A DNA stretch of 52,684 bases from contig JBKOZJ010000046.1 in the NCBI GenBank assembly GCA_046725875.1, positions 1-52,684 on the forward strand, read 5' to 3'. The DNA is from Actinomycetota bacterium. Lineage in GTDB: Bacteria; Actinomycetota; Actinomycetes; JAKEEW01. The position numbers and the translations under genes are program-made. The notes under the pieces were generated by a model, which was not told the DNA's origin, did not search any database, and saw only the letters and a program-made list of their open reading frames with translations. This document shows positions 38,835 through 51,625 of this stretch, in pieces. The stretch's first letter is position 1; the number at the start of each line of letters is the position of its first letter.

Positions 38835-40313
38835 CTATGGCAGCGGCCAGGTGTGGACGGGCTCGCCGGTGCGCATCCACTCGACGTACAGCTTCGTGAC
38901 CTCGCATAGCGCCCGCGCCCGGTCGTACCGGTGGTGGTCCTGGAATCGGTGGAATGCTTTCGCTTGCCAGTCCGCGCCGTTGGTGCGGCGCAGGCAGCGC
39001 TGCTCGATGATGCCGAGCAGGCGGTCCCGGTCGGCGGGCTCGACCTTCCACAGGTCGAGGCCGTCGTAGGCCAGCGGAAGCAGGCGCCGCAGCATGAGAT
39101 CGGTGACCGCGACATTGCCCAGGCCTGGCCAGAACTGCTTGGCGTCGATGCCGTAGCGCGCGCCGGCGTAGAAGTTCTCCCGGGCCGCGGAGAAGGTCAT
39201 CCGCCGCCAGATCGGGCGCTCCTGGTCGCACAGCGACCGGACGAGTCCGTAATAGAGGGCCGCATTGGCGAGCATGTCGGCGACGGTCGGGCCGGCCGGG
39301 AGTACACGGTTCTCGATCCGCAGGTGCGGCTTGCCGCGCTGGACGTCGTACACGGGTCGATTCCAGCGCCACACCGTGCCGTTATGCAGGCGTAGCTCGG
39401 TCAGGTGCGGTATCTCTCCGCGCTCCAGGACCTCGACGGGGTCTTCGTCGTCGCAATAGGGCAGCAGTGCGGAGAAATACCGGACGTTTTCGTGGATGAG
39501 CTCGACCGGTGAGTTGATCCAGCGCTCTCCGAAGAAGACCCTCGGTCGGACACCTTGCGCTACGAGCTCCTCCGAGCGGGTATCGGTCGCCTGCTCGAAG
39601 AGGATGGCCCTGGTCTCCCGCCAAAGCTCACGGCCGAGGAAGAATGGCGAGTTCGCGCCCAGTGCCAGTTGCACCCCAGCCACAGTCTGGGCAGCGTTCC
39701 ATGCCGCTGCGAAGGTGTCGGGGCTCAGTTGCAGATGGAACTGGATGCTGGTGCCCGCCGCTTCGAAGATGATCGAGTTCGTCTCGCACGCCAGGTGCTC
39801 CACGCCGTCGATCGCAACGGCGAGGTTCTCGCCGCGGGCCAGAATGATCTGCTCGTTGAGGGCGATGAACCGGGGGTTGTTGGAGAACGCGGACAGGGCG
39901 ACGTCACGATCGCCGAAGGTGGGCATGATCCCGATTACCGCGACGTGCGCCCCGACCTCTCTGGCCTTGCGGTCGGCAAAGCCGATGCTGGTGTCCAGCT
40001 CTTCCTCGAGTTCGGTAAAGACCGAGCCCGCCATGTTGTGTGGGGCGATGTTGACCTCGAGGTTGAACTGCCCAAGCTCGGTCTGAAAATCCGTACTTGC
40101 CAGCCGCGACAGCACCTCACTGTTGACGTTGGCGAGATTCTCGTCCTGGTCGGCAAGGACGAGCTCGAGCTCGATGCCCATCGTCTTGCGACCGGTCTCG
40201 TATCGACCCTCGGCGAGCATGCGCTCGAGGACATCGAGGCAGCGGCGTACCTTGTGCCGGTAGCGCTGTCGATCTTGAGCTGTGAAGAAGGAGGTGGGCA
40301 CCCGATCGCCCAT
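38835..40313 (-). CDS. Glutamate--cysteine ligase family (GCS2)
   Basis: GIELEL, ELGQFNLE, ANSPF, HNGTVWRWNRPVYD, RIENR. Confidence 0.88.
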   Translation of the reverse strand: MGDRVPTSFFTAQDRQRYRHKVRRCLDVLERMLAEGRYETGRKTMGIELELVLADQDENLANVNSEVLSRLASTDFQTELGQFNLEVNIAPHNMAGSVFTELEEELDTSIGFADRKAREVGAHVAVIGIMPTFGDRDVALSAFSNNPRFIALNEQIILARGENLAVAIDGVEHLACETNSIIFEAAGTSIQFHLQLSPDTFAAAWNAAQTVAGVQLALGANSPFFLGRELWRETRAILFEQATDTRSEELVAQGVRPRVFFGERWINSPVELIHENVRYFSALLPYCDDEDPVEVLERGEIPHLTELRLHNGTVWRWNRPVYDVQRGKPHLRIENRVLPAGPTVADMLANAALYYGLVRSLCDQERPIWRRMTFSAARENFYAGARYGIDAKQFWPGLGNVAVTDLMLRRLLPLAYDGLDLWKVEPADRDRLLGIIEQRCLRRTNGADWQAKAFHRFQDHHRYDRARALCEVTKLYVEWMRTGEPVHTWPLP

Positions 40314-40625
40314 GTCGCAGGACCCTCCCTCATGCCTACAAGCCGATCTACGAAGGCGAAGGCTGCGACCCCCGGCCGGGCAGGGTCGATCGCACCGCTC
40401 TTCTTGCCGTCGAGCCCATACCCGATGGGGAAGGTCCTGATGTGCGGGAAATTCGCGTTTAGGCAAAAGATCCCGCTGGCCGGTGCAAAGCCGCAGGTAG
40501 CGGCGCTCTCGCAGAGGAGCCCCGGTGGCCAAAATGTGAGACGACCCATCTCGGGTTGACGGTTCCCCGCCGGCCGACTGTCCCGCCGCCGACAAGCGCC
40601 TCGGATTTCCGGGCAAGCTGTGGGC

Positions 40626-41123
40626 GTGACGGCCAACCAGGACGCGCTTCCCAGGTACGCAGTCGTCGACATCGACGGCGTTCTGGCGGACGTCCGGCAC
40701 CGGCTGCACCATGTCGAGCGGAGGCCGAAGAACTGGGCAGCGTTCTTCGCGGCGGCCGACGAGGACGGATTGCTAGCCGAGGGCGTCGCCGTCGTCGACA
40801 ACCTCGCGGCCGAGCACACGATCGTCTACCTGACTGGTCGCCCCGAACGGTTGCGCAGCCAGACCGAGTCATGGCTGCGTAGGCACGGTCTACCGGCCGG
40901 CGAGCTGATCATGAGACAGGAGGGAGACCGCCGGCCGGCCCGGTTCACGAAGCTAGGGCTGCTTCGTCGGCTTGCCCGCGGGGGCCGGGTGGCCGTACTC
41001 GTCGACGATGACCCAGTGGTGTGCGACGAGGCGAGGCGGGATGGTTTCAACGTCCTCGAGGCGGACTGGATGGAGCGGTCGCCCGCACTTGACGACGCCC
41101 AGGAGGCCGAGGGGCGGACCTGA
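40626..41123 (+). CDS. HAD-superfamily phosphatase-like protein
   Basis: DIDGVLAD motif I, LTGRP, VDDD. Confidence 0.8.
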   Translation: MTANQDALPRYAVVDIDGVLADVRHRLHHVERRPKNWAAFFAAADEDGLLAEGVAVVDNLAAEHTIVYLTGRPERLRSQTESWLRRHGLPAGELIMRQEGDRRPARFTKLGLLRRLARGGRVAVLVDDDPVVCDEARRDGFNVLEADWMERSPALDDAQEAEGRT

Positions 41124-41367
41124 CCACCACGCGCCGGGAGGGACATGGAGGCCGCGATCCGGGTGGAATGTCCGAGTGGCATAGGTCGTTGATTGACTTC
41201 GGGTAGGCAGCGGGTGACCGGCTGACAACCCAAGGTGATCACGCTGGAAACGAATCGGCAACACAACCGTGTGAACAACTAATAACGTCGCGAAATGGTC
41301 GGTGGTCCGCGTCACACTAGAGACAGAACAAGACAGAACAAGGTTGCAAGCGCAGTACGGAGGCACG

Positions 41368-41586
41368 ATGCAGTGCCAGCATCACCCGCCCTGCCCGCCG
41401 GCCGAAGCGCCGGACCGGGAGGCGGCCCACACCATCGCTCACCACCCAGAGCAGGGTTGGAGCCTGCTCTGCAACGGAGTTGTGCTCTTCGAGGACACCG
41501 GGGAGCTGCTGCCCGACGGAAAGATCGTTGCGCCACACCGGCCGACCGATCCCCTTGTCCCACATCCGCGAGTGCCGGCAGCCTGA
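41368..41586 (+). CDS. DUF5999 family protein
   Basis: CQHHPPCP, HPEQGWSLLCNGVVLFEDTGELLPDG; GGAGG RBS. Confidence 0.88.
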   Translation: MQCQHHPPCPPAEAPDREAAHTIAHHPEQGWSLLCNGVVLFEDTGELLPDGKIVAPHRPTDPLVPHPRVPAA

Positions 41587-41612
41587 GCGCACTGGTCGGC
41601 ACTACCCGACTG

Positions 41613-44492
<2,880 letters not shown>

Positions 44493-44520
44493 TGCTTCTC
44501 CCCCGTTGACTCGTCATCGC

Positions 44521-44625
44521 GGGAGTTCCGGAGGGTCGTCCCGGTGGCTTCGGCACCGCGGGGGTTCCAGGGGGTCGTCCCCCTGGCTTCGGCACCGCCG
44601 GGGTTCCAGGGGGTCGTCCCCGTGG
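44521..44625. repeat. 39-nt tandem REP-like hairpin repeat, about 2.7 copies
   Basis: Units at 44521, 44560, 44599; core CCAGGGGG-TCGT-CCCCCTGG stem-loop plus GGCTTCGGCACCGC spacer. Confidence 0.85.
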
Positions 44626-45033
44626 GGACTTGACCTCCACTACTCATCAGCGCAAACCTCCCGAACGCCGACCGTATCCCGCGAACATCCAAATCGCCAC
44701 GCGGCACACCTAGGCTGGGAAGCTGCCGAGCAGCCCGCCCGCCGTGAGCGGATACGGGCGGGCGCCGGCCCGGCAAGTCGCGGGGGAGCCCAAAGGTAGC
44801 AGCGGGACGGCGTGACGCAGTCAGCGCTCGATTTGACGCATTTGGATGGCTTTGCGGCCGCCAAGATCGTGATTCCCCGCGGCTATCTTGTCGTTTCTCG
44901 ACAAGATTTAGACCTTCTGCGGCGCTACCTGCGGCTAGCCCGATGTGACGGAGATAGGACAGAGGTCGGAGATCGACCGAGTCTCGCGACTCATGCCAGT
45001 ATTGGCGGACTCGACATCGACCGGAGACAGACA

Positions 45034-45903
45034 GTGACTGACCTCTATCACTTCACCTACGGCTTGTTGACACCGTTGCTCGCGTACGTCATGTCGTGCA
45101 TCGGCTCGGCACTCGGGCTCCTGTGCACCGCTCGCGCCCGCGGGGTCACGGGTGCCGCCCGGGGGCGCTGGTTGACGCTTGCCGCCGTGTCGATCGGGGG
45201 CACGGGCATCTGGGTTATGCACTTCATCGCGATGCTCGGATTCTCGGTGTCCGGCTCGGGGATACGCTACGACGTCGGTTTGACGATGCTGAGCATGGTC
45301 ATCGCGGTGGTCGTCGTCGGTATCGGTCTGCTGATCGTGGGCTTCGGTGGCGAGCGCCTGGTGCCTCTCCTCGGTGGCGGCACGATCACCGGGCTGGGCG
45401 TGGCCAGCATGCACTACACCGGAATGGCGGCCGTGCAGCTGCACGGGGTGATCCACTACGACGGCGTGAAGGTGGGAGCGTCGATCGTCATCGCGGTCGT
45501 CGCGGCCACGGCGGCGCTGCTGTTCGCCCTGCGAGTCAGAGGCCCGTGGGCGACCGCCGCTGCGGCGCTGATCATGGGGGTTGCCGTCAGCGGCATGCAT
45601 TACACCGCGATGGCCGCGATGAGCGTTCGGCTCGTGGACGACCACACCACACTGAACGGCGCCAACGCTTTCGAATTCCTGCTCCCCCTCATCATCGGCA
45701 TCAGCTTGGTCGCCGGCGGCTTGCTTGGCGTGATCGCGCTGTCTCCGAACGAGGACGAGCTCCGGGCCGAGGCCGAGATGATGCAGCGAATCACCAACCT
45801 CGCAGCCAACGGGACGCGGCGACCAATGCCCTGGCCTCGGCAGCAAGAGCCGGGCCGGGAGGAGCCCGACCGGCCGCGGTCGTCCTACTTCGAGCGCCGC
45901 TGA
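45034..45903 (+). CDS. Stand-alone MHYT-domain membrane protein
   Basis: GIWVMHFIAM, MHYTGM, MHYTAM repeats; no output domain. Confidence 0.9.
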   Translation: MTDLYHFTYGLLTPLLAYVMSCIGSALGLLCTARARGVTGAARGRWLTLAAVSIGGTGIWVMHFIAMLGFSVSGSGIRYDVGLTMLSMVIAVVVVGIGLLIVGFGGERLVPLLGGGTITGLGVASMHYTGMAAVQLHGVIHYDGVKVGASIVIAVVAATAALLFALRVRGPWATAAAALIMGVAVSGMHYTAMAAMSVRLVDDHTTLNGANAFEFLLPLIIGISLVAGGLLGVIALSPNEDELRAEAEMMQRITNLAANGTRRPMPWPRQQEPGREEPDRPRSSYFERR

Positions 45904-45911
45904 AGGATGAA

Positions 45912-46433
45912 TCAGCCCGTCCGTTGGCGGCGGCGCTCGATAAGCTCGTCCGCCCCGGCCGTGCCCTCCACGCGCTCTGCCGGTAGCTCGGCGAGGGTTC
46001 CCTCTACTTCGCGCCAGACCTTGCCTAGCGCGATGCCGAACACGCCCTGACCTCCCTGGAGAAGGTCGACAACTTCGTCGGCCGATGTGCACTCGTAGAC
46101 CGTTGCCCCGTCGCTCATCAATGTGATCTGTGCCAGGTCCTCGACGCCACGCTCCCGGAGGTGCTGGACAGCACTTCGAATGTTGTGCAAGGAAACGCCG
46201 GTGTCGAGCAGCCGCTTGACGACCTTGAGCACGAGGATGTCGCGGAAGCTGTAGAGCCGCTGGGTACCGGAGCCGCTGGCCTGCCGAATAGTGGGCTCGA
46301 CTAGGCCGGTCCTGGCCCAGTAATCGAGTTGGCGGTAGGTGATTCCCGCAACCGCGCAGGCGGTCGGACCGCGATAGCCGGTGTCGGCTGCGGCCACCGA
46401 ATCGTCGAAGAGCCGGCCTTGTTCGGGAATCAC
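45912..46433 (-). CDS. MerR family regulator (Rv1830-like)
   Basis: GYRGPTAC..AGITYRQLDYWART, QRLYSFRDI; AAGGAGG RBS. Confidence 0.92.
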   Translation of the reverse strand: MIPEQGRLFDDSVAAADTGYRGPTACAVAGITYRQLDYWARTGLVEPTIRQASGSGTQRLYSFRDILVLKVVKRLLDTGVSLHNIRSAVQHLRERGVEDLAQITLMSDGATVYECTSADEVVDLLQGGQGVFGIALGKVWREVEGTLAELPAERVEGTAGADELIERRRQRTG

Positions 46434-46649
46434 GCCGACCTCCTTGATCCGCCGCCCGCGCTCGTAGGAAACAACAGCTTCCACCGGTGGAAGTTACAGC
46501 GAGGAGACTTACCCCGACCGTATGGCGGACGACCAGCGGGGTCAACGACCGCGACCGTCCATCGGGCGTGTCGCGCCGAGTCGCCGGGGGCGTGCCCGGC
46601 CGCCGGGCAGGGTTACCAGAAGAGACGAGGAAAGGCCGAGCGCTGCGAT

Positions 46650-47117
46650 TCAGTGGCCGCGGCCGAAATCCTCGGGTGTTACCTGATCGAGGAACTCGCG
46701 GAACTTCTCGACCTCGTCCTCCTGCTCGTCCGGTATCGGGATCCCGGCCTCTTCGAGCACCTCGTCGCTGCCATAGATCGGGGATCCAGTTCGCAAAGCC
46801 AGGGCGATCGCATCGGACGGACGGGCGCTGACCTGCACGCCGCCGAAGTCCAGCTCGGCATAGAAAACCCCGCTGCGCAAGTCGGTGATCCGTACCTGGC
46901 GCAGCTCGTGGCCGAGAGCCGTGATCACGTCCTTGAAGAGGTCATGGGTAAGCGGCCGGGGCGGGACCTCGCCACGCTGTGCATAGGCAATCGCTGTCGC
47001 CTCGACCGCCCCGATCCAGATCGGGAGATATCGCTCGCCGCCAACCTCGCGCAACAGGACGATCGGCTGGTTGGAGGGCAGCTCCACCCTCACACCGACC
47101 ACGTCGAGCTGATTCAC
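46650..47117 (-). CDS. Bifunctional nuclease family protein (DUF151, Rv1829-like)
   Basis: LPIWIGAVEA, RPLTHDL, ARPSDAIALA. Confidence 0.92.
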   Translation of the reverse strand: MNQLDVVGVRVELPSNQPIVLLREVGGERYLPIWIGAVEATAIAYAQRGEVPPRPLTHDLFKDVITALGHELRQVRITDLRSGVFYAELDFGGVQVSARPSDAIALALRTGSPIYGSDEVLEEAGIPIPDEQEDEVEKFREFLDQVTPEDFGRGH

Positions 47118-47254
47118 GCCTGCCACAGTACCCCGCCTGCGCCGATCCACGGCAACGGCTCGGGGACGAGCCGCACTCGTGTTCCGGGTGCGAGGGCAAC
47201 CGTGCTACGCGCTCTTGCTGGTTCCGAAACCGGCGCCGAAACCCCGTGCGAGCG

Positions 47255-47986
47255 TCACCGACGGGTATCCACTGGCAACGCGCGCGTCACCCCCGACTTG
47301 ACCAACACGGCATGCAGGCGGACCAGCAGCGCCGCCAGCTCCCGTACAGCCTCTTCGGCCCGGGACCAGCTGTCGGCGCCGCGGTGGGCCACCAATGGGG
47401 TCACGACCTGCTCGATGAGATCGACCTGACGGCCAGCGGCCGCTTTGACCATGCGCAAGTGACGTGGCTGTAGGCCATACTCCCCGAGCGCCGCGACGGT
47501 CCGGGCCACGAGCAAGGCGTCCCCGTCGAGGTATGCGCCGTCACCGGAGCTGATCAGACCGAACTCCTCGAGCTCTGCCAGACCCTCGTCGGTGAGCCCG
47601 GCCGCGTCGGCGAGTTCGGAGCGGGTGATCCGAACGTTGGCGGTTGGTTCTGTCACTGTCGCCAACAGGGCGGCGCCACTGGGATCGGCATACGCGCCCG
47701 CTGCCGGCACCCGCGGCCCGGGCAGTCCGACCGCGGGCGGTTCGAGGCCACGATCTAGGGCATCGAGATGGTCCTTGATGACCCGCAGCGGCAGGTAGTG
47801 GTCACGCTGCGCGGTCAGGATGTAGCGGAGTCTGGCAATGTCGCTTCGGTCGAACCGTCGGTATCCGGCCGCCGTCCGCTGCGGTTCGATCAGCCCGGTG
47901 GACTCCAGAAACCTAATCTTGGAGATCGTGATGCCGGGGAAGTCCGGCTGCAGCTCGGCGAGCACCTCGCCGATGCTGAGACTCAC
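47255..47986 (-). CDS. MerR family regulator (Rv1828/FtsR-like)
   Basis: SIGEVL..L..DFP..TISKIRFLE, QRDHYLPLRVIK. Confidence 0.9.
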   Translation of the reverse strand: MSLSIGEVLAELQPDFPGITISKIRFLESTGLIEPQRTAAGYRRFDRSDIARLRYILTAQRDHYLPLRVIKDHLDALDRGLEPPAVGLPGPRVPAAGAYADPSGAALLATVTEPTANVRITRSELADAAGLTDEGLAELEEFGLISSGDGAYLDGDALLVARTVAALGEYGLQPRHLRMVKAAAGRQVDLIEQVVTPLVAHRGADSWSRAEEAVRELAALLVRLHAVLVKSGVTRALPVDTRR

Positions 47987-48020
47987 CGAGTGTCCCTCCA
48001 GCAAAGCCTCGTGTACTGGC

Positions 48021-48551
48021 TCATGAGGCCGCTCCAGCAGCCTCCTGCTGACGGGTGGCATAGAAGCGCAAGCGGTACTTCCCGACCTGCACCTCGTCGC
48101 CATGGTTGAGCAGGACCTGGTCGATCCGTTCCTTGTTGACGTAGGTGCCGTTGAGGCTCCCGACGTCCCGCACCAGGAATGCGCCCTCGGGTGTGCGCCG
48201 GAACTCCGCGTGCCGCCGGGAAACGGTGACGTCGTCGAGGAAGATGTCACTGTCGGGATGCCGACCGGTGGTTGTCACGTCCGCGTCGAGCAGGAAGCGG
48301 CTGCCGGCGTTGGGTCCCCGGCGGACGACGAGTAGCGCCGAGCCGGGCGGCAGTGCCTCCACTGCTGCCTGGTCGGCGGCGGACAGCTCCTCGAGGCGTT
48401 CCGGTTCAGGCGGCTCGCCTCCGAGAGTAACGGTGGATGTCACGTCCGTTCCCCCTGTCCCCGACGTACCCGGTCGCAGCAGCGCTCCGCAGTTGGAGCA
48501 GTACCGAGCCTCGTCGGGATTCTCGTGACCGCACTGAGTACAGAACGGCAT
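48021..48551 (-). CDS. Zinc-ribbon + FHA domain protein (GarA/OdhI-like)
   Basis: CTQCG..YCSNCG, DVTST, GRHPDSDIFLDDVTVSRRH, SLNGTYVN. Confidence 0.9.
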   Translation of the reverse strand: MPFCTQCGHENPDEARYCSNCGALLRPGTSGTGGTDVTSTVTLGGEPPEPERLEELSAADQAAVEALPPGSALLVVRRGPNAGSRFLLDADVTTTGRHPDSDIFLDDVTVSRRHAEFRRTPEGAFLVRDVGSLNGTYVNKERIDQVLLNHGDEVQVGKYRLRFYATRQQEAAGAAS

Positions 48552-48826
48552 TGCGTCTCCGGCCTCTGATATGCGGGTCCAGGAGCGCCGCTGTGTTGCT
48601 CCAGGACCATGATCAAGTTGTCTGGTCGCTTCTCCGCCAGCAACTCTCGACGCCAACTTCAGGTCAAGGTTTTGTTTCGGCAACCTATGCGCGCCTGCGC
48701 GGCCAGGTCAACCAGAACCCTCATCTTGACCCCGCCGGCAAGTCTCTCCGGCTCGGCTTCGATCTCGATGTTTGATCGTTTTGCTCCAAGACTTGCGGGT
48801 CGCCAAAGGACCTCGAACACGCGCCG

Positions 48827-49216
48827 CTAGGTTGCCGCGACGTGCGATTCGTAGGCGCTCGCGTCCAGCAGACCGGACAGCTCCGCTGGCTCCGACATCT
48901 GGACGTCGAACATCCAGCCCTCCCCGTATGGCTCGGCGTTCACCAGCTCCGGCGACGCGTCAAGCGCGTCATTCCGGGCGACGACGGTGCCGCTGACCGG
49001 CGCATAGATGTCGCTCACGCTCTTCGTCGACTCAAGCTCGCCACACGGGTCGCCCGCCGTGACCTCAGTACCCACCTCGGGGAGCGTGACGAAGACGATG
49101 TCGCCCAGCTGCTCCTGCGCGTAGTAGGTAATGCCCACCCTCGCCAGGCCGTCCGCGTCCGCGCTGGTCCGAACCCACTCGTGCTCGTTGCTGTACTTGA
49201 GGTCTTCCGGATACAT
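48827..49216 (-). CDS. gcvH: Glycine cleavage system H protein
   Basis: [27 protein letters not shown] (lipoyl Lys). Confidence 0.95.
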   Translation of the reverse strand: MYPEDLKYSNEHEWVRTSADADGLARVGITYYAQEQLGDIVFVTLPEVGTEVTAGDPCGELESTKSVSDIYAPVSGTVVARNDALDASPELVNAEPYGEGWMFDVQMSEPAELSGLLDASAYESHVAAT

Positions 49217-49451
49217 CGGTCCCACGGGTCGTCAGCCATCCCTTCGATGCCGTGCGAAGTGCGATGCAGCAGGGGCGAGTAAGGCAGAGGACTCCAATCC
49301 GTCGTGTCGCGGTGAGTCTATGGGGTGTCCGAGGACGGTCGCGCCGGCAACCGACACTCCGAATTGGTGACCGAATCACGGTACAGCGGAGATCAGCCAC
49401 GGGGCGGTCCACTCGAAGCTTCGGGCGAAGCGATCAAACTCAGGGGTGCCG

Positions 49452-50267
49452 CTATCTGGATGCTCGTGAGTTCGGCATGGCGTCGGGTGCTCGGACAGCA
49501 TCAACCCGAATGTCCTGGCGTTTGGTCACCTGGCCCGCGCCCCCCTGCTCGGTCAGGGCATCGAGGACGCCGCCCGGGATGTCCAACGCGGTGGCGAGCG
49601 TGTCCGGGTCGCCGATGACGAGGAAGGTGTACGGCGGACGGGTGGCGACGCCGTCGACGAGCACCGATCCGGGTACGGCATCGAGAAAGTCGGTGGACGC
49701 GACCACCCGCACAACGTTGAGCTGCATCGCCTCGGCACCCGCATCGCGTAGCTCTTGCACAGCGTTCAGGAGGGTGTCGGCGGGCAGCTTTCCGTTCGGG
49801 TCGGCGATCGTCAGCTCGATCCCCGGCCCCTTGGCCGGCAGTGTCCCGGCGAGTATCCCCAGGGTCGTCGCGCGCTGTTTCGCTTGATTCAACGCAGCCT
49901 GCTCGCGGTCCGCACCGAACTCCAGACGCTCTTTCGCGCTTTGCAGCTCGCGCCGTTCATCCTGGAGTCGTTGGGCCTGTTCGGTGACTCCATCAAGGAG
50001 CATCACCAAGTCCGACTCCCGCGCGCCGGACAGCTCGGAACCGCCGTCTCTTGACCGCACCTGGACGACAGCCGCGAAAGCGAGCAGTCCGCACAGCAGG
50101 CCCGCCAGCACCTGGCCACGGCTGAGCCGCGGCTGCCGGAAGGACCGCGCCAGCCGAGCAAGCCAGGTCCCACCCTCTGTCGCCTCGCCTCGGGCTGGGT
50201 TGGCCGGGCCGGTCATTGCCGGACCTGGGCGGCCCGGGCCGGTTGGAGTGCGGTCGTCGTCAGTCAT
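49452..50267 (-). CDS. DUF881 family protein
   Basis: TM + coiled coil, GPGI..TI.D, ELRDAGAEA, IGDP. Confidence 0.9.
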   Translation of the reverse strand: MTDDDRTPTGPGRPGPAMTGPANPARGEATEGGTWLARLARSFRQPRLSRGQVLAGLLCGLLAFAAVVQVRSRDGGSELSGARESDLVMLLDGVTEQAQRLQDERRELQSAKERLEFGADREQAALNQAKQRATTLGILAGTLPAKGPGIELTIADPNGKLPADTLLNAVQELRDAGAEAMQLNVVRVVASTDFLDAVPGSVLVDGVATRPPYTFLVIGDPDTLATALDIPGGVLDALTEQGGAGQVTKRQDIRVDAVRAPDAMPNSRASR

Positions 50268-50596
50268 GCGTGGAAGATATGCCGGCGGATCGCCGCGGCG
50301 TTGGCGAAGATCCGGATTCCGAGTACGACGACGACGCCGGTGGACAGCTGCCCTCCGACGCCAAGCTGATCGCCGAGGAATACCACAAGGGCCGCGATGA
50401 GGACGTTGGAGACAAAGGAGATCACGAAGACCTTGTCGTCAAAGACCCCTTCGAACCAGGCCCGCAGGCCACCGAAGACCGCATCGAGCGCGGCGACGAC
50501 CGCGATGGGTAGGTAGGGCTGCAGCCACAACGGCACGGTCGGCTGGACAAGAAGCCCCGCCACCACGCCGATGACGAGACCAACCGCAGCGATCAA
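50264..50596 (-). CDS. Small basic protein family (Sbp/DUF1290)
   Basis: YLPIAVVAALDAVFGG, GIRIF.NAAAIRR; TTG start overlapping upstream TGA. Confidence 0.9.
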   Translation of the reverse strand: MIAAVGLVIGVVAGLLVQPTVPLWLQPYLPIAVVAALDAVFGGLRAWFEGVFDDKVFVISFVSNVLIAALVVFLGDQLGVGGQLSTGVVVVLGIRIFANAAAIRRHIFHA

Positions 50597-51489
50597 CGTG
50601 CACCCTCCGCCTCGGCGTAGCGAACGTCGACCGCGCTGGACGCCGGGAGCCGCAGCGAACGCACGCCCGCAACCCGGAAGATGACCCCATAGTTGTCCTG
50701 GAGAGTGCGAAACCACCGGCCACCTGGCCCGTCAACGAAGCGGGCCTCGATTTGCCCCGGGTCGCCGATCGCCTCGATCGTGTACGGACGGCCGAGCGGC
50801 CGGAACCCGACCGTTACCGCCGAGCCTGCCGACCTGATCGCGGTGGTACCGGTGAGCCGCTGGCCGTTGATCGCAACCGCTTCGGCATCGGCGGCCCACA
50901 AGCCGTTGACCAGCCGCTGGAGATCCGTGTCGAGTATGCGCGCCGGATCGGCGTCTGCCTCGCCCTCCTGCACCTGGCCGTCGTCGACCACGATGCGCAG
51001 GCCGGGGCCGGTAACCGGCACACCGCCGGCGGCCAGCTCGAGCCGCGCCAGGTCGCGGGCCGTCCGCCGTCCCGCGTTACTGACGTTGAGTCCCGCGCTC
51101 CGCTCGGCAGCGACCTCGTTACGTAACCGCTCCACCTCATATTGCAACGCGTCTGCGTCCAGCGTCTTGTCCTCGACCCGCGCGGCCAGCGCGGCACGCT
51201 CCTCGGCCAGATCCGGCACGCTCCGTCTCGTCTGGGCTAGAGCGGTGACCAGCAGGAGTCCCACAAGCACCACGGGCAATGCGATCTCGGCGGCGCGCAG
51301 CGCGAAGCCTCGGTCCGGTCGGGAATCGATCGACCGCCGGCGGGCCGCCTCGCTATACGCCGGGTCGAGTGCATCGCTGCTGATCGACTCGAGCAGGGTG
51401 ACAGCGTCTCGGGGAAACCGCACGCCCGTTCCGACACCGCTCGACCGTCCGCTCACGGCCGTCCATGCTTTCATGCTCTTCCGGCCCAC
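50593..51489 (-). CDS. DUF881 family protein
   Basis: LDPAY, VTGPGL, DLQRLVNGLW, AINGQRL, AIGDP; start uncertain. Confidence 0.88.
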   Translation of the reverse strand: MGRKSMKAWTAVSGRSSGVGTGVRFPRDAVTLLESISSDALDPAYSEAARRRSIDSRPDRGFALRAAEIALPVVLVGLLLVTALAQTRRSVPDLAEERAALAARVEDKTLDADALQYEVERLRNEVAAERSAGLNVSNAGRRTARDLARLELAAGGVPVTGPGLRIVVDDGQVQEGEADADPARILDTDLQRLVNGLWAADAEAVAINGQRLTGTTAIRSAGSAVTVGFRPLGRPYTIEAIGDPGQIEARFVDGPGGRWFRTLQDNYGVIFRVAGVRSLRLPASSAVDVRYAEAEGAR

Positions 51490-51625
51490 CGCTTACCGCC
51501 GCTGATCCGAGCCGACCCCGAAGATCAGCCACTGTGGCGCGGTCCCCCATGGCGACCAGCGACCCGGGCGGCTCCCCACGAAACGTTCGAGCGAGCGAAG
51601 CAAGCGATTTCGTCGGGTGCCCAGG

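Noticed and set aside
41321..41342. AGACAGAACA x2 tandem and an ACA-N4-TGT core upstream of DUF5999
   Set aside because: Only two short copies and a weak motif match; no function can be supported
44521..44625. Repeat array as a mini-CRISPR
   Set aside because: The intervening sequences are identical rather than unique spacers, there are fewer than three full units, and no cas genes are present
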